The notes beneath the pieces were generated by a model. It saw nothing but the letters and a program-made list of their open reading frames with translations, ran no database searches and was not told the origin of the DNA. DNA of 64,000 nucleotides from Betaproteobacteria bacterium (GTDB lineage Bacteria > Pseudomonadota > Gammaproteobacteria > Burkholderiales > Burkholderiaceae_C): positions 4 through 64,003 of the forward strand of contig RFVJ01000001.1 of the NCBI GenBank assembly GCA_009928125.1, read 5' to 3'. Numbering within the stretch: position 1 is the stretch's first letter; each line of letters begins with the position of its first letter. Below, piece after piece: positions 20,282 through 32,771 of this stretch. The translations under genes and the position numbers were made by a program.

Positions 20282-21910
20282 TCAAAGGCCAGGCAATTTG
20301 TAACCTGAAAGTTGTTCGCGCAGTTTTGTTTTGAGCATTTTTCCCGTTGCGCCCAAAGGGATTGCTTCGACAAAAATGGCGTCATCTGGTATTTGCCATT
20401 TGGCAGTTTTGCCTTCGTAAAATTTGAGCAGCTCAGTGGAGGTCAATGTGCTGCCGGGTTTTTTGACCACGCACACCACAGGTCGCTCATCCCACTTCGG
20501 ATGTGGCATGCCAATGCAAGCTGCCATGGCGACGTCGGGGTGCGCCATGGCGATGTTTTCAATGTCAATCGAACTGATCCATTCGCCGCCGGATTTGATG
20601 ACATCTTTGCTACGGTCGGTGATTTGCATGAAGCCATCTTCATCGATGGTGGCCACATCACCGGTTGGGAACCATCCGTCGATCAAAGGTGAGGATCCTT
20701 CTTGCTTGAAATATTCTCGAATGATCCAAGGGCCTTTGACGAGCAAATCGCCGTATGTTTTTCCATCGTGTGGCAAAGCCTCACCCGCATCGTTGACGAT
20801 TTTCATGTCGACGCCAAAAATGGCACGCCCTTGCTTCAACCGCAATTTCATTTGCGCTTCTTCCGGCAAACTGAGGTGCTTGTTTTTCAGCGTGCAAAGC
20901 GTCCCCAAAGGACTCATTTCGGTCATGCCCCAGGCGTGCAAAACGTCAACGCCGTAATCTTCGCGGAAGGCATGGATCATGGCCGGCGGACAAGCAGAGC
21001 CACCGATCACCGTGCGCTTCAATGACCTGAATTTCAAATGGGCAGGCTTCATGTGCCCCAACAACATTTGCCAAACGGTGGGGACGCCCGCAGCAAAGGT
21101 CACTCTCTCAGCTTCAATCAATTCGTAAACCGACTTGCCATCCAATGCAGGGCCTGGGAAGACCAATTTGGCGCCTGTCATGGCAGCGCTGTAAGGGATA
21201 CCCCAAGCATTCACATGGAACATGGGCACCACGGGCAAGATGGCATCGCGTGCCGAGATGCACATGACATCGGGCAATGCGGCTGCATAGGCATGAAGCA
21301 GGGTCGATCGGTGACTGTACAAAGCCGCTTTGGGATTGCCTGTGGTGCCGCTGGTGTAGCACATGCTGGAAGCAGTGTTTTCGTCCAATTCAGGCCAAAC
21401 ATAGGTTTTGGCTTGCTGCCCAATCAGCGTTTCGTAACTGGTCAAGTTGGGAATGCCCGTGTCCGCAGGCAACTTGTCTGCATCGCACAGGGCAACCCAA
21501 TGCTTCACGGTGGTGCATCGCGCATGAACCGCTTGAACCAAGGGCAAGAAGGTCATGTCAAAGCAAAGAATTTGATCTTCTGCGTGGTTGGCAATCCACA
21601 CCACTTGATCTGGATGCAATCGTGGGTTCAGTGTGTGAAGTACACGACCAGAGCCGCTCACCCCAAAATACATTTCAAGGTGACGGTAGCCGTTCCAAGC
21701 CAATGTGGCCACGCGATCACCCTGCCCCAGTTTCAAGCCGTCAAGCGCATTGGCCAATTGGCGAGATCGACTTGCCACATCGGCCCAGGTATAACGGTGC
21801 ACATCACCTTCAACGCGTCTGGAAACCACTTCACCATCGCCATGGTGGCGTTCAGCAAAATCAATCAAGGAGGAAATCAGCAAAGATTGCTGCTGCATGA
21901 GACCGAACAT
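20282..21910 (-). CDS. acyl-CoA ligase (3-methylthiopropionyl-CoA ligase DmdB / medium-chain fatty acid-CoA ligase family)
   Basis: [46 protein letters not shown]. Confidence 0.92.
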   Translation of the reverse strand: MFGLMQQQSLLISSLIDFAERHHGDGEVVSRRVEGDVHRYTWADVASRSRQLANALDGLKLGQGDRVATLAWNGYRHLEMYFGVSGSGRVLHTLNPRLHPDQVVWIANHAEDQILCFDMTFLPLVQAVHARCTTVKHWVALCDADKLPADTGIPNLTSYETLIGQQAKTYVWPELDENTASSMCYTSGTTGNPKAALYSHRSTLLHAYAAALPDVMCISARDAILPVVPMFHVNAWGIPYSAAMTGAKLVFPGPALDGKSVYELIEAERVTFAAGVPTVWQMLLGHMKPAHLKFRSLKRTVIGGSACPPAMIHAFREDYGVDVLHAWGMTEMSPLGTLCTLKNKHLSLPEEAQMKLRLKQGRAIFGVDMKIVNDAGEALPHDGKTYGDLLVKGPWIIREYFKQEGSSPLIDGWFPTGDVATIDEDGFMQITDRSKDVIKSGGEWISSIDIENIAMAHPDVAMAACIGMPHPKWDERPVVCVVKKPGSTLTSTELLKFYEGKTAKWQIPDDAIFVEAIPLGATGKMLKTKLREQLSGYKLPGL

Positions 21911-22024
21911 GTCTGCCCTTCAAAGTCAAAAGTAGAAGATTTCGCTTTTTAGCATGAGTCCTTGGTGCTTGGTGTATACCCTGTATTGCGATGGGTGCAT
22001 CCAAAGGCGCCGACAATCAAAAAC

Positions 22025-23258
22025 ATGACTTGGATCAACCGATATGCCACTTTGGGACCTGCCTTCACGGCAGAAGTCCTTCCTACGCCTGTGCCATCGC
22101 CCTACTGGGTGGCCCAAAATCCAAGCTTTTTGAAGGCTTGTGGCCTGCCAGACGCTTGGCTTGACAACGCTGAAGCGTTGGCGGTTTTCAGTGGCAATGG
22201 CCTTTGGGAGGGCATGACCCCACGCGCCAGTGTTTACAGTGGCCACCAATTTGGCCATTGGGCCGGACAATTGGGTGATGGTCGTGCCTTGAGTTTGGGG
22301 GAATTCGCGACGCCTCAAGGCACCTTTGAAATTCAGCTCAAAGGCGCTGGTCCAACACCGTTTTCCCGAATGGGAGATGGCCGTGCGGTGCTCAGGTCGA
22401 GCATTCGGGAATATCAACCTCGCCAGACGCCTTACAGCAATTGGCCAATTTCGTGATCGAACACCACTTTGAAGGCCACGAACCCAGCTTAGGCCACCCC
22501 TGTGCCGACTTGTTGCACGAGGTGAGTTTGAAAACAGCGCAGTTGGTGGCGCAATGGCAAGCCATCGGCTTTTGTCACGGTGTTTTGAACACCGACAACA
22601 TGAGCATCTTGGGGCTGACTTTGGACTACGGCCCTTTTCAATTCATGGATGGCTTTGATCCGCATCACATCTGCAATCATTCAGACCATTCGGGCCGCTA
22701 TGCATACGACAAGCAACCTCAAATTGCTTATTGGAATCTGTTTTGAAAGAAGCGTACACAGCACACTGGACGCACAATTTCTGCATGAAACTGGGCTTGT
22801 CGCAAGTCAATGAAAAAGACGACGCCACCAACATGGCCCTGATTCAATCGCTTGTCCAGATGATGGCGGAAGAAAAAACAGATTTCACCTTGCTGTGGCG
22901 ACGTCTGAGCCATGCGGCATCCCAAACCGAACAGTCGCATGCCAACTGGCAAGCAGTGAAAGATTTATTTGTAGACACCGGCAAGTTTCAAGCGTGGCAG
23001 TCCCATTACATGGCGCACTTGCAACATCAAGGCGATGCTGACGCCGTCCACGGCATGCTATCTGTCAATCCCAAATATGTGCTGCGCAACCATTTGGTTG
23101 AATTGGCCATCCAAAAATCAAAATTAGGGGACCATTCTGAGGTGGCTACACTCTTCAAATTGTTGCAGTCACCGTTTGACGAGCAACCCGAGTTTGAAGC
23201 CTATGCCAACTTGCCACCCTCGTGGGCATCTGACATCGAAATCAGTTGCTCTTCCTAA
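22025..23258 (+). pseudogene. selO: protein adenylyltransferase SelO/YdiU, interrupted by two deletions (~22414, ~22745)
   Basis: [60 protein letters not shown] and C-terminal SCSS, spread over three frames. Confidence 0.92.
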
Positions 23259-23273
23259 AGTGAGACGGAGTGA

Positions 23274-23693
23274 ATGAACATGACAAGTTCCAACTTGCCC
23301 AAAACCGACGACGAATGGCGCGCTTGGTTGCGCGCACGCAATGCCGAGCCACTGGCTTTTGAAGTCACGCGAAAAGCTGCCACAGAGCGCCCTTTCACGG
23401 GCAAATACGAAACGCATTGGGAGCCCGGCCAATACACCTGCATCTGTTGCGATGCGGTGTTATTTGATGCCGCCACCAAGTTTGATGCAGGATGCGGTTG
23501 GCCCTCGTTCTACCAAGCCGCCCATCAAAATGCCATTGCACAAAAGATTGACCGGAGCCATGGCATGGTCCGCGTTGAAAGTGTTTGCGCTCAATGTGGC
23601 GCACACCTCGGTCATGTGTTTGAAGACGGCCCCGAGCCCACAGGTTTGCGATACTGCATGAATTCCGCTTCTTTGAATTTCGAAAAAAAATAA
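23274..23693 (+). CDS. msrB: peptide-methionine (R)-S-oxide reductase
   Basis: TERPFTG, CICC, GCGWPSF, HLGHVF.DGP, RYCMNS. Confidence 0.96.
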   Translation: MNMTSSNLPKTDDEWRAWLRARNAEPLAFEVTRKAATERPFTGKYETHWEPGQYTCICCDAVLFDAATKFDAGCGWPSFYQAAHQNAIAQKIDRSHGMVRVESVCAQCGAHLGHVFEDGPEPTGLRYCMNSASLNFEKK

Positions 23694-23694
23694 G

Positions 23695-24267
23695 ATGAAA
23701 ATTGCGCTCGACCTGTTTCCCATCTTGCTGTTTTTTGGGGCCTACAAATACGCTGACATTTACGCGGCAACGGCTGTCTTGATGGCTGCCACCGTCATTC
23801 AAAGCCTGTGGATGTACAAGCTAGAGGGCAAACTGGCCACCATGCAAAAAGCCACACTGGGCTTGATCTTGGTTTTTGGCAGCCTCACACTTTTCTTGCA
23901 CGATGAACGCTTTATCAAGTTCAAACCCACCCTGCTTTACGGTTGCTTAGGCCTGGGCTTGCTGGTAGCGCAGTTTTGGTTCAAAAAGAACTTTTTGAAG
24001 ACCATGTTGGGAGCCCAAGTGAAGCTGCCACATGACAATTGGCAAACCCTCAGTGTGGCTTGGACCCTGTATTGCTTTTTCATGGCCGCTTTGAACGCCT
24101 ATGTGGCCATTGAGTTCACAACCGAAGAATGGGTTAATTTTAAAATTTGGGGTTACGTCTTTCCATTGATGTTCATTATCGGAACAGGCATCTACATTGC
24201 CAAACACATCCCCAAGGAAGAAACTGAACCCTCTGCCAATCCTGGCGACACGCCACCTTCGCCATGA
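23695..24267 (+). CDS. yciB: inner membrane septation protein A
   Basis: DLFPILLFF, FIKFKPT, WVNFK; sits in the msrB-yciB-bolA-parvulin order. Confidence 0.93.
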   Translation: MKIALDLFPILLFFGAYKYADIYAATAVLMAATVIQSLWMYKLEGKLATMQKATLGLILVFGSLTLFLHDERFIKFKPTLLYGCLGLGLLVAQFWFKKNFLKTMLGAQVKLPHDNWQTLSVAWTLYCFFMAALNAYVAIEFTTEEWVNFKIWGYVFPLMFIIGTGIYIAKHIPKEETEPSANPGDTPPSP

Positions 24268-24551
24268 CCAAGCCCTCAACTTTACAAAACAATGTGCCTT
24301 GGCAACCCTTGATTGAAAGGGTGTTGCAACAGCATTTTCAGCCCAGCTTTCTAGAAGTCATCGATGAAAGCGCTCAACATGCCGGGCATTCAGGTGCCAC
24401 TGAAAGCGGCATGAACAGCCACTTTCGGGTTCGCATCGCTTCTTCTCATTTTGAGAACATCAGCCGCGTTCAACGCCATCGTCTTGTGTATGATTCGCTC
24501 CAAGAATTCTTAGACAACGGCCTTCATGCCCTGGCCATAGAATTTCGATAA
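24264..24551 (+). CDS. bolA: BolA family protein
   Basis: DESAQHAGH, SHF, RVQRHRLVY, LHALAI. Confidence 0.93.
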   Translation: MTKPSTLQNNVPWQPLIERVLQQHFQPSFLEVIDESAQHAGHSGATESGMNSHFRVRIASSHFENISRVQRHRLVYDSLQEFLDNGLHALAIEFR

Positions 24552-24575
24552 CTTTCAATTGATTTGAGGATCCCG

Positions 24576-25349
24576 ATGAAAATTTCTAAATTGGCCCTGA
24601 GCTTGGTCACTGCCCTGAGCATGTCTGCTTGGGCGCAAAACTTGGCCGTGGTGAATGGCAAACCTGTTCCCAGCTCACGCGTTGAAGCCCTGAAGCAGCA
24701 AGTTGAACGCTCTGGCCGTCCCGTCACACCCGAAATCTTGGCGCAAATCAAAGAAGAGTTGATTGCCCGCGAAATTTTCATGCAAGAAGCCCGTAAACGC
24801 GGCCTTGATGCCAGTGAGGATTACAAGGCGCAGCTTGAATTGGCACGCCAAAGCCTGCTCATTCGCGAACTGTTTGCCAACTTCCAGAAAAAGAACCCCG
24901 TCACCGACGCTGAAATCAAAGCTGAATACGACAAGTTTGTGGCTGCCAATGGCGGGAAAGAGTACCGTGCGCGTCACATCTTGGTTGAAAAGGAAGAAGA
25001 AGCCAAGGCCCTGATCGCAGAGCTCAAAAAAGGCGGGAAATTTGAAGAGTTGGCCAAAAAAGCCTCTAAAGACCCAGGCTCAGGCGCCAACGGCGGTGAT
25101 CTCGATTGGGCCAATGCAGCCAGCTATGTCCCTGAGTTTTCAAATGCCATGGTGAAATTGGACAAAGGCCAAATGACCGATGCACCCGTGAAAAGCCAGT
25201 TTGGTTTCCACATCATTCGTGTGGACGATGTGCGCGAAGCACAACTGCCCAAGTTGGACGAGGTGAAACCCCAAATCACCCAACAATTGACGCAATCTAA
25301 ACTGGGCAAATTCCAAGAAGACTTGCGCGCCAAAGCCAAGGTTCAGTAA
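24576..25349 (+). CDS. periplasmic parvulin-type peptidyl-prolyl isomerase
   Basis: signal peptide (AWA), ARHILV, GGDLDW, SQFGFHII. Confidence 0.93.
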   Translation: MKISKLALSLVTALSMSAWAQNLAVVNGKPVPSSRVEALKQQVERSGRPVTPEILAQIKEELIAREIFMQEARKRGLDASEDYKAQLELARQSLLIRELFANFQKKNPVTDAEIKAEYDKFVAANGGKEYRARHILVEKEEEAKALIAELKKGGKFEELAKKASKDPGSGANGGDLDWANAASYVPEFSNAMVKLDKGQMTDAPVKSQFGFHIIRVDDVREAQLPKLDEVKPQITQQLTQSKLGKFQEDLRAKAKVQ

Positions 25350-25398
25350 ATTGCGCAAAACTGCAACGCGACAACGCTGCAGCTTGTTTCAAAAGAAT

Positions 25399-25432
25399 GC
25401 ACTGAACACCGAAAGGTGTCAGTGCTTTTTTT
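25399..25432 (+). terminator. intrinsic terminator between convergent PPIase and purL
   Basis: GCACTGA-A-CACC GAAA GGTG-TCAGTGC followed by T7. Confidence 0.85.
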
Positions 25433-28400
25433 ATTTCAGCCAACGGCGCGCGTTTTGCCACATGCGCAACCAAGGGCTGTGCGATGACATGTCACCCGGG
25501 GTGTAACTCATCTGGACGTTGCGGAACACACGCTCGGGATGCGGCATCATGGCCGTATAGCGCCCATCGGCCGTGGTCACTGCCGTCAAGCCAGCAGGGC
25601 TGCCATTGGGATTGGCAGGGTAAGCTTCAGTGGCGACACCCCAGTTGTCCACAAAACGCAGTGCACTGATCGCTTTGTTGGCATTGCCACGGTATTTGAA
25701 GTTGGCATACCCCTCACCATGTGCCACCGCGATGGGCAAACGACTACCGGCCATGTCTTGGAAAAACAGACTGGGCGAAGGCAAGACTTCCACCATGGAG
25801 AGGCGCGCTTCGAAGCGTTCACTTTGGTTGGTGGTGAAACGTGGCCAGTCTTGAGCGCCAGGAATGATGTCTGCCAACTCAGCAAACATTTGGCAACCAT
25901 TGCAAACACCCAGGCCAAAGGTGTCTGGCCTTGCAAAGTAAGATTGGAATTGTTCTGACAGCGCAGGATTGAAGGTGATGCTGCGAGCCCAACCAATGCC
26001 CGCACCCAAAGTGTCACCGTAACTGAAACCACCGCAAGCAACCAAGCCTTGAAAATCTTTCAGGCTCACCCTGCCCTTTTGCAAATCGGTCATGTGAACA
26101 TCGTGAGATTCAAAACCAGCTTCTGCAAATGCATAGGCCATTTCCACGTGTGAATTGACACCCTGCTCTCGCAAAATGGCCACTTTGGGTTTGGCCAAAT
26201 TCAACCAAGGCGCCGCCACATTCTCCTCGGGTTTGAATGTCAAAGAAACATGCAAACCTGGATTGGCCGGATGGCCTGCTGATGCGTGTTCGCTGTCTGC
26301 GCAAACAGGGTTGTCGCGTTGTTGGCAAATTTTCCAACTGACGCTGTCCCAGACTTGGTGGAGGTCTTCTAATTTGGCTGAGAATATTTCTTGGGTGTCA
26401 CGCCAAATGCTGAGCTCACCCACACCTTTTTGGACGGCCGCTTGCACAGGCCGCGTTTTGCCAATCACATGGCTGTGTTTGGACAAGCCATGCTCACGCA
26501 AGGCTTGCATCACGTCGGCACGGTCTTGGGTGTTGATTTGAATCACCACCCCCAACTCCTCGTTGAACAAGGCTTTGAGTGTCAACTCATGGCGTCGGGC
26601 GCTGACTTGCTGCGCCCAGTTTTTCGCATCGCCGTGGTCGGCCCGGCTGTCAGAAATACCGTCGCCTTCTGTGACCAACAAATCCAAATTGAGCGCGACG
26701 CCCACTTGGCCGGCAAAGCACATCTCGGCCACTGCACAGATCAGGCCACCGTCGCTGCGATCGTGGTAAGCCAGCAGTTGGCCTTGCTTGCGCAATTGGT
26801 TGATCACCTTGACCAAGCTGACCAAATGGGCAGGCGTTTCCAAATCAGGCACCTGGTCGCCCGATTGCTTGAGAACCTGACTCAAGATGCTGCCACCCAT
26901 TCGGGATTGGCCGTTGCTGAGATCGATCAGGATGAGCGATGTGTCATCCAAGGTGGCGTTCAATTGGGGCGTGAGCGTTCCGCGCACATCTGGCAGGCTG
27001 GCAAAGGCGCTGACAATCAAACTGACCGGCGACGTGACTTTGCGCGTTTGCCCATCCGCTGACCATTGCGTTTTCATGGACAAACTGTCCTTGCCCACAG
27101 GAATTGACACGCCCAATGCGGGACAAAGCTCAAGCCCAACCGCCTTGACGGTTTCGTAAAGCGCCGCATCCTCACCGGGTTCGCCACATGCCGCCATCCA
27201 ATTGGCACTGAGTTTGACGCGTTCCAATTCAATGGGCGCCGCCAACAAATTGGTAATGGCTTCTGCGACTGCCATGCGTCCCGATGCCGCCGCATCAACG
27301 CTGGCCAGGGGCGTGCGTTCACCCATGCTCATGGCTTCGCCTTGGAAACTTTGATAATCGGCCAAAGTGACTGCACAGTCGGCGACTGGGACTTGCCAAG
27401 GGCCGACCATCTGATCTCTGTGCGTCAAACCGCCCACGGTGCGGTCACCGATGGTGATGAGGAAACGCTTGGAAGCCACTGTGGGATGGCTCAAAACTTG
27501 AAGCACCGCGTCTTGCAAATCAACACCGGTGAGGTTCAGAGGCGTGATGTTGCGCTTGATCGACTTCACGTCACGGTGCATTTTGGGCGGCTTGCCCAAA
27601 AGCACATTCATTGGCATGTCGACAGGTTTTGCAGCATCGCTTGTTGTCGCTTGGTCATCCAGCAAAACCAACTGTCGTTCTTGCGTGGCAACGCCCACCA
27701 CGGCAAATGGACAACGCTCGCGTTCGCAAAAGGCTTTGAATTGAGGCAAAGATTCCGGCGCAATGGCCAAAACATATCGCTCTTGACTTTCATTCGACCA
27801 AATCTCTTTGGGTGACAAACCAGAGGCTTCCAATGGCACTGCGCGCAAATCAAAACGTGCACCGCGGCCTGCATCGTTGGTCAGTTCTGGAAAAGCATTG
27901 GACAATCCACCTGCACCGACATCGTGAATGGCCAAAATGGGATTGTCTGTTCCCATCGCCCAGCAATGGTTGATGACTTCTTGCGCGCGGCGTTCAATTT
28001 CGGGGTTGCCGCGTTGAACAGAATCGAAATCCAAATGGGCGGCATTGGTGCCCGATGCCATCGAACTTGCCGCACTGCCGCCCATGCCAATCAACATGCC
28101 TGGGCCCCCCAGTTGAATCAGCAACGTGCCTGCGGAAAATTGAATTTTTTGGGTTTGAATTTCATCGATGACACCCAAACCACCTGCAATCATGATGGGC
28201 TTGTGATAACCCCGCAACACACCATCCACCACCTGCTCGTACTCTCGAAAATAGCCCAACAAGTTAGGACGACCAAATTCATTGTTGAAGGCAGCGCCGC
28301 CCAATGGGCCTTCGGTCATGATTTGCAAAGGACTGGCCATGTGATCGGGCTTGCCGTAAGGACTGTCCCACAATTTAGAAACCGTGAAGCCTGTTAATCC

Positions 28401-29417
28401 AGCTTTGGGTTTAGAGCCACGGCCCGTGGCGCCTTCGTCACGGATCTCTCCGCCCGCCCCAGTGGAAGCGCCAGGAAAAGGCGAAATGGCGGTGGGATGG
28501 TTGTGCGTCTCGACCTTCATCAACACATGGTGACGCGCCGATTCCTTGACATAGGCGCCACCGTTCCTTGCGACAAAGCGTTCAACTTCATGGCCAGTCA
28601 TGATGGACGCATTGTCCGAATACGCCACAACGGTGTGCTGCGGATTTTGCTGATGGGTATGTCGAATCATGCCAAACAAGCTGTGCGCTTGGGCTTGCCC
28701 ATCGATGGTGAACTGCGCATTGAAAATTTTATGACGGCAGTGCTCGCTGTTGGCTTGCGCAAACATCATCAACTCAACGTCTGTGGGATTGCGGCCCAGT
28801 TGCTGAAATGAGCTCAGCAAATAATCAATTTCATCCTCGGCCAGGGCCAAGCCAAATTCTTGATTGGCTTTGACCAAGGCGTCGCGCCCACCCTTGAGCA
28901 CATCCACATGCAATAGCGCTTGGGCCTGAAGTTCTGTGAAAAGCGCCAATGCATCCTCGCGTTTTGAAAGGATGGACTCTGTCATGCGGTCGTGCAACAC
29001 ATCAGCCAAAGCCAGTTGGGTTGACGCTTGCAAGCTTTGCACATGCGATGCAGAACGCATTTGCAAACGGTATTCAACCAAGCGCTCGATGCGCCGAACC
29101 TTGAGGCCACAGTTGTGCGCAATGTCTGTGGCTTTGGATGCCCAAGGCGACACTGTGCCTAAGCGCGGTGATACAAAAAGGTGCCAATTCAATCTGTCAT
29201 TGCCAGAGGGCAATGCGGGATCACCGTAGGTCAGCAAGGAAGTCAGAACCTGATGGGCATCGGCTTCTAGGGTCGATTCGCTGGCAACGAGGTGCAGGTA
29301 GTGGCCGGACAAACCCGACACATCGGGGCATATGGCCTGAAGGCGGGGCAGCAGTTGTTGGACACGGAATTCGCTGAGGGCGTTGCCGCCGTCCAAAATG
29401 AGAGTTTGCAGGGTCAC
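25431..29417 (-). CDS. purL: phosphoribosylformylglycinamidine synthase (large type)
   Basis: [50 protein letters not shown]; probable GTG start 29417. Confidence 0.97.
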   Translation of the reverse strand: MTLQTLILDGGNALSEFRVQQLLPRLQAICPDVSGLSGHYLHLVASESTLEADAHQVLTSLLTYGDPALPSGNDRLNWHLFVSPRLGTVSPWASKATDIAHNCGLKVRRIERLVEYRLQMRSASHVQSLQASTQLALADVLHDRMTESILSKREDALALFTELQAQALLHVDVLKGGRDALVKANQEFGLALAEDEIDYLLSSFQQLGRNPTDVELMMFAQANSEHCRHKIFNAQFTIDGQAQAHSLFGMIRHTHQQNPQHTVVAYSDNASIMTGHEVERFVARNGGAYVKESARHHVLMKVETHNHPTAISPFPGASTGAGGEIRDEGATGRGSKPKAGLTGFTVSKLWDSPYGKPDHMASPLQIMTEGPLGGAAFNNEFGRPNLLGYFREYEQVVDGVLRGYHKPIMIAGGLGVIDEIQTQKIQFSAGTLLIQLGGPGMLIGMGGSAASSMASGTNAAHLDFDSVQRGNPEIERRAQEVINHCWAMGTDNPILAIHDVGAGGLSNAFPELTNDAGRGARFDLRAVPLEASGLSPKEIWSNESQERYVLAIAPESLPQFKAFCERERCPFAVVGVATQERQLVLLDDQATTSDAAKPVDMPMNVLLGKPPKMHRDVKSIKRNITPLNLTGVDLQDAVLQVLSHPTVASKRFLITIGDRTVGGLTHRDQMVGPWQVPVADCAVTLADYQSFQGEAMSMGERTPLASVDAAASGRMAVAEAITNLLAAPIELERVKLSANWMAACGEPGEDAALYETVKAVGLELCPALGVSIPVGKDSLSMKTQWSADGQTRKVTSPVSLIVSAFASLPDVRGTLTPQLNATLDDTSLILIDLSNGQSRMGGSILSQVLKQSGDQVPDLETPAHLVSLVKVINQLRKQGQLLAYHDRSDGGLICAVAEMCFAGQVGVALNLDLLVTEGDGISDSRADHGDAKNWAQQVSARRHELTLKALFNEELGVVIQINTQDRADVMQALREHGLSKHSHVIGKTRPVQAAVQKGVGELSIWRDTQEIFSAKLEDLHQVWDSVSWKICQQRDNPVCADSEHASAGHPANPGLHVSLTFKPEENVAAPWLNLAKPKVAILREQGVNSHVEMAYAFAEAGFESHDVHMTDLQKGRVSLKDFQGLVACGGFSYGDTLGAGIGWARSITFNPALSEQFQSYFARPDTFGLGVCNGCQMFAELADIIPGAQDWPRFTTNQSERFEARLSMVEVLPSPSLFFQDMAGSRLPIAVAHGEGYANFKYRGNANKAISALRFVDNWGVATEAYPANPNGSPAGLTAVTTADGRYTAMMPHPERVFRNVQMSYTPGDMSSHSPWLRMWQNARRWLK

Positions 29418-29548
29418 AGGGTGGCCTTGAGGGCTAGAGGGAAAGTGTCTCAAATGCCGCTGACTGGGGCAATGAACGAGCGCCTATTTTAACCGCTGAG
29501 AGGTCCATTTTGAGCAAAGTGACCCGATGGATGGGATAATCGCACACC

Positions 29549-30101
29549 ATGACGATCACCCTCAAAGACCCCCAAGGCGCAGACGGCATGCGAGTTGCCG
29601 GCCGACTGGCTTCCGAAGTACTCGATTATTTGACGCCCTTTGTGGTGCCCGGTGTCACCACCAACGATTGCTGCCAAACGACTTTGCCATGCAACCTATG
29701 AAGCCATGTGGCATGGCATCGCACAAGTCAAGCCAGGCGCGCGTTTGGGTGACATCGGTTGGGCCATTCAAAAATTTGCTGAAAACATGGGCTTTTCCAT
29801 TGTTCGTGAGTTTTGCGGCCATGGCATTGGACGCGTGTTTCATGAAGAGCCTCAAGTTTTGCATTATGGAAAACCTGGCACCTTGGAAGAGCTCCAGCCC
29901 GGCATGACCTTCACCATCGAACCCATGATCAACGCTGGCAAACGCGAGATCAAGGAAATGGGCGATGGCTGGACCATTGTCACCAAAGACCACTCTTTGT
30001 CTGCTCAGTGGGAGCACACCATTTTGGTCACTGACACAGGCTATGAAGTTCTGACCTTGTCAGCCGGTAGTCCGCCCGTTCCCGCATTCATCAAAGGCTA
30101 A
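29549..30101 (+). pseudogene. map: type I methionine aminopeptidase with large internal deletion at ~29665 (probable artefact)
   Basis: MTITLKD...MRVAGRLASEVLDYLTPFVVPGVTTN joined out of frame to TIAAKRLC...FCGHGIG..FHEEP..FTIEPMIN..SAQWEHT; upstream of glnD as expected. Confidence 0.92.
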
Positions 30102-30105
30102 GCCA

Positions 30106-32739
30106 ATGGCTGACTTGTCGGTATTTCGGGATGCATATCGTCAAGAAAAGCAAGCGCTGTGGGCCCACATCGCCAACAGCGCGGCCAATGGCCGTGGCTT
30201 GAAACGCAGTCTGATGCGATTGGCCACATTGGCCGACAAATTGTTGATCCAACTGTGGAACCAAGCAGGCTTTGACCATGGCGAAAGCCTCATCGCCGTC
30301 GGTGGTTTTGGCCGCGGCGAGTTGTTCCCCTCCTCCGACTTGGATGTACTGGTCTTGTTACCCGAGCATGCCAATCCCGACGCGTCTGAAGCACTCAAAA
30401 ACAGACTTGAAAGTTTCATCGGCAGCTGTTGGGACAGCGGCTTGGAAATTGGCTCCAGTGTCCGCACCCTCAAAGATTGCTTGGAAGAGTCAGCCAAAGA
30501 CATCACTGTCCAAACTTCGCTGCTCGAAAGTCGCTACATCACCGGCAGCAAGTCTTTGTTTGAGGCGTTTCAAAGCAGCTACCAAGCGGCCATGGACCCC
30601 CATGCATTTTTTGTCGCCAAGTCTTTGGAACTCCAACAGCGGCACAACAAATTTGAAAATACGCCCTACTCGCTTGAGCCCAATTGCAAAGAATCGCCCG
30701 GGGGCTTGCGTGACTTGCAGATCATCTTATGGGTGACGCGCGCAGCAGGTTTGGGAAGCACCTGGGACGATTTGGCGCACAAAGGCTTGGCAACCCCATT
30801 GGAAGTCAAACAAATCAAGCGCAACGAAGCCGTTTTGAGCCTCATTCGTGCAAGGCTTCATTTGCTGGCCAAACGGCGAGAAGATCGTTTGGTTTTTGAC
30901 TTGCAACATGCCCTGGCCGAGAGCTTTGGTTACCAGGCCAAAAGCACACCGGAGGGCAAGCACACCCAGCGCGCCAGTGAAGTACTGATGCGTCAATACT
31001 ACTGGGCGGCCAAAGCAGTGACGCAGTTGAACCAAATTTTGATGCTCAACATCGAGGCGTACCTGCAAGCTCAGCGAGGTGACATTCGAATTGAAGTGCG
31101 TCGCCTGAACGCGCATTTTGATGAACGAAATGGCTTGTTGGAAGTGGCCCAAGATGACTTGTACCAAAAGCGCCCCCACGCCATTCTGGAAACATTTTTG
31201 ATGTACCAGCAAACGCATGGCGTGAAGGGTTTGTCGGCCAAAACCTTGCGTGCGCTGTACAACGTTCGCAACGTCATGGATGCCAAGTTTCGTCGCGATC
31301 CCGTCAACCGTGCGACATTTTTAAAAATTTTGCAGCAAGGCCAAGGCATCACGCATGCACTTCGGCTGATGAACCAAACTTCGGTGTTGGGCAGGTACCT
31401 GTGGGTCTTCAGAAACATTGTGGGTCAGATGCAGCACGATCTGTTTCACGTCTACACCGTCGACCAACACATCATGATGGTCTTGCGCAACGTCCGTCGA
31501 TTTTTCATTGCAGACCACGCGCACGAGTATCCTTTTTGCTCGCAACTCGCTGCGGGCTGGGACAAGCCCTACATTCTCTACACGGCAGCGCTGTTTCACG
31601 ACATCGCCAAAGGGCGTGGCGGCGATCACTCCAAATTGGGTGTTGAAGAAGTTAAAAAGTTTTGCAGGCAACACAGCATTCCCAAAGACGATGCCGAGTT
31701 GATAGCTTTCTTGGTCGGCGAACATTTGACCATGAGTCATGTTGCGCAAAAAGAAGACCTGAGCGATCCCGACGTCATCGCTGCATTTGCCAAACGAGTT
31801 GGCAATGAACGTCGTCTGACGGCCTTGTACTTGCTGACAGTGGCCGACATTCGAGGCACCAGCCCCAAAGTCTGGAATGCATGGAAAGGCAAATTGCTAG
31901 AAGATTTGTACCGCTACACTTTGCGGGTTTTGGGCGGTCGTGCCCCAGATGCCAATGCCGAAATTGAAGCCCGCAAACGCGATGCCTTGATTGAATTGGC
32001 GCGTCATTCTGAACCACACGATGGCCAAAAGGCCTTGTGGGATACCTTGGATGTGGGCTATTTCATGCGGCATGACGCCAGCGAAATCGCTTGGCATGCG
32101 CGACAACTGTCTCGCTACGTTGCCAAATCTGGCGAAGCCGCGATTGCCAACTTGGATGGCAAAAGCATCGTTCGCGCACGCATCTCCCCCATTGGCGAAG
32201 GTTTACAGATTTTGGTTTATACCGCCGACCAAGCTGACTTGTTTGCGCGCATTTGTGGCTATTTTGACCAGGCCGGATTCAGCATTTTGGATGCCAAAAT
32301 TCACACGGCCAACAATGGCTATGCCCTTGACACATTCCAAGTCGTGACCTCATTGCTCCCAGAACATTACCGGGAGCTGATCACCATGGTGGAGTCAGGA
32401 CTTGGAACGACCATAGACCGTCAGGGCACCTTGCCTGCACCGACCAAAGGCCGCGTCTCTCGGCGCGTGAAAAATTTCCCCATTGCACCCCGCATTACCT
32501 TGCACCCCGATGAAAAAGCCCAAAGCTGGCTCTTGGGTATTTCTGCCAGCGATCGACTGGGATTGCTTTACAGCGTGGCAACCGTTCTGGCGAAACACGG
32601 CATCAGCCTCAAATTGGCCAAGATCAGTACCTTGGGAGAACGTGTCGAAGACACCTTCTTGATTGAAGGCTCCGCCTTGCAACACAACCGTGAGCAAATT
32701 GAAATCGAGACCGAGTTGCTGCAAGTCTTGCAAGCTTGA
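30106..32739 (+). CDS. glnD: [protein-PII] uridylyltransferase
   Basis: [40 protein letters not shown]-terminal ACT domains. Confidence 0.97.
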   Translation: MADLSVFRDAYRQEKQALWAHIANSAANGRGLKRSLMRLATLADKLLIQLWNQAGFDHGESLIAVGGFGRGELFPSSDLDVLVLLPEHANPDASEALKNRLESFIGSCWDSGLEIGSSVRTLKDCLEESAKDITVQTSLLESRYITGSKSLFEAFQSSYQAAMDPHAFFVAKSLELQQRHNKFENTPYSLEPNCKESPGGLRDLQIILWVTRAAGLGSTWDDLAHKGLATPLEVKQIKRNEAVLSLIRARLHLLAKRREDRLVFDLQHALAESFGYQAKSTPEGKHTQRASEVLMRQYYWAAKAVTQLNQILMLNIEAYLQAQRGDIRIEVRRLNAHFDERNGLLEVAQDDLYQKRPHAILETFLMYQQTHGVKGLSAKTLRALYNVRNVMDAKFRRDPVNRATFLKILQQGQGITHALRLMNQTSVLGRYLWVFRNIVGQMQHDLFHVYTVDQHIMMVLRNVRRFFIADHAHEYPFCSQLAAGWDKPYILYTAALFHDIAKGRGGDHSKLGVEEVKKFCRQHSIPKDDAELIAFLVGEHLTMSHVAQKEDLSDPDVIAAFAKRVGNERRLTALYLLTVADIRGTSPKVWNAWKGKLLEDLYRYTLRVLGGRAPDANAEIEARKRDALIELARHSEPHDGQKALWDTLDVGYFMRHDASEIAWHARQLSRYVAKSGEAAIANLDGKSIVRARISPIGEGLQILVYTADQADLFARICGYFDQAGFSILDAKIHTANNGYALDTFQVVTSLLPEHYRELITMVESGLGTTIDRQGTLPAPTKGRVSRRVKNFPIAPRITLHPDEKAQSWLLGISASDRLGLLYSVATVLAKHGISLKLAKISTLGERVEDTFLIEGSALQHNREQIEIETELLQVLQA

Positions 32740-32771
32740 TTGGCCAACAGCTACAACGCCAGCAGCCTGCC

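Noticed and set aside
21038-21952. 304-aa + strand ORF
   Set aside because: Antisense shadow of the CoA ligase, with no recognisable motifs.
25350-25430. Possible tRNA after the PPIase gene
   Set aside because: No cloverleaf or T-loop consensus; only a terminator hairpin is present.
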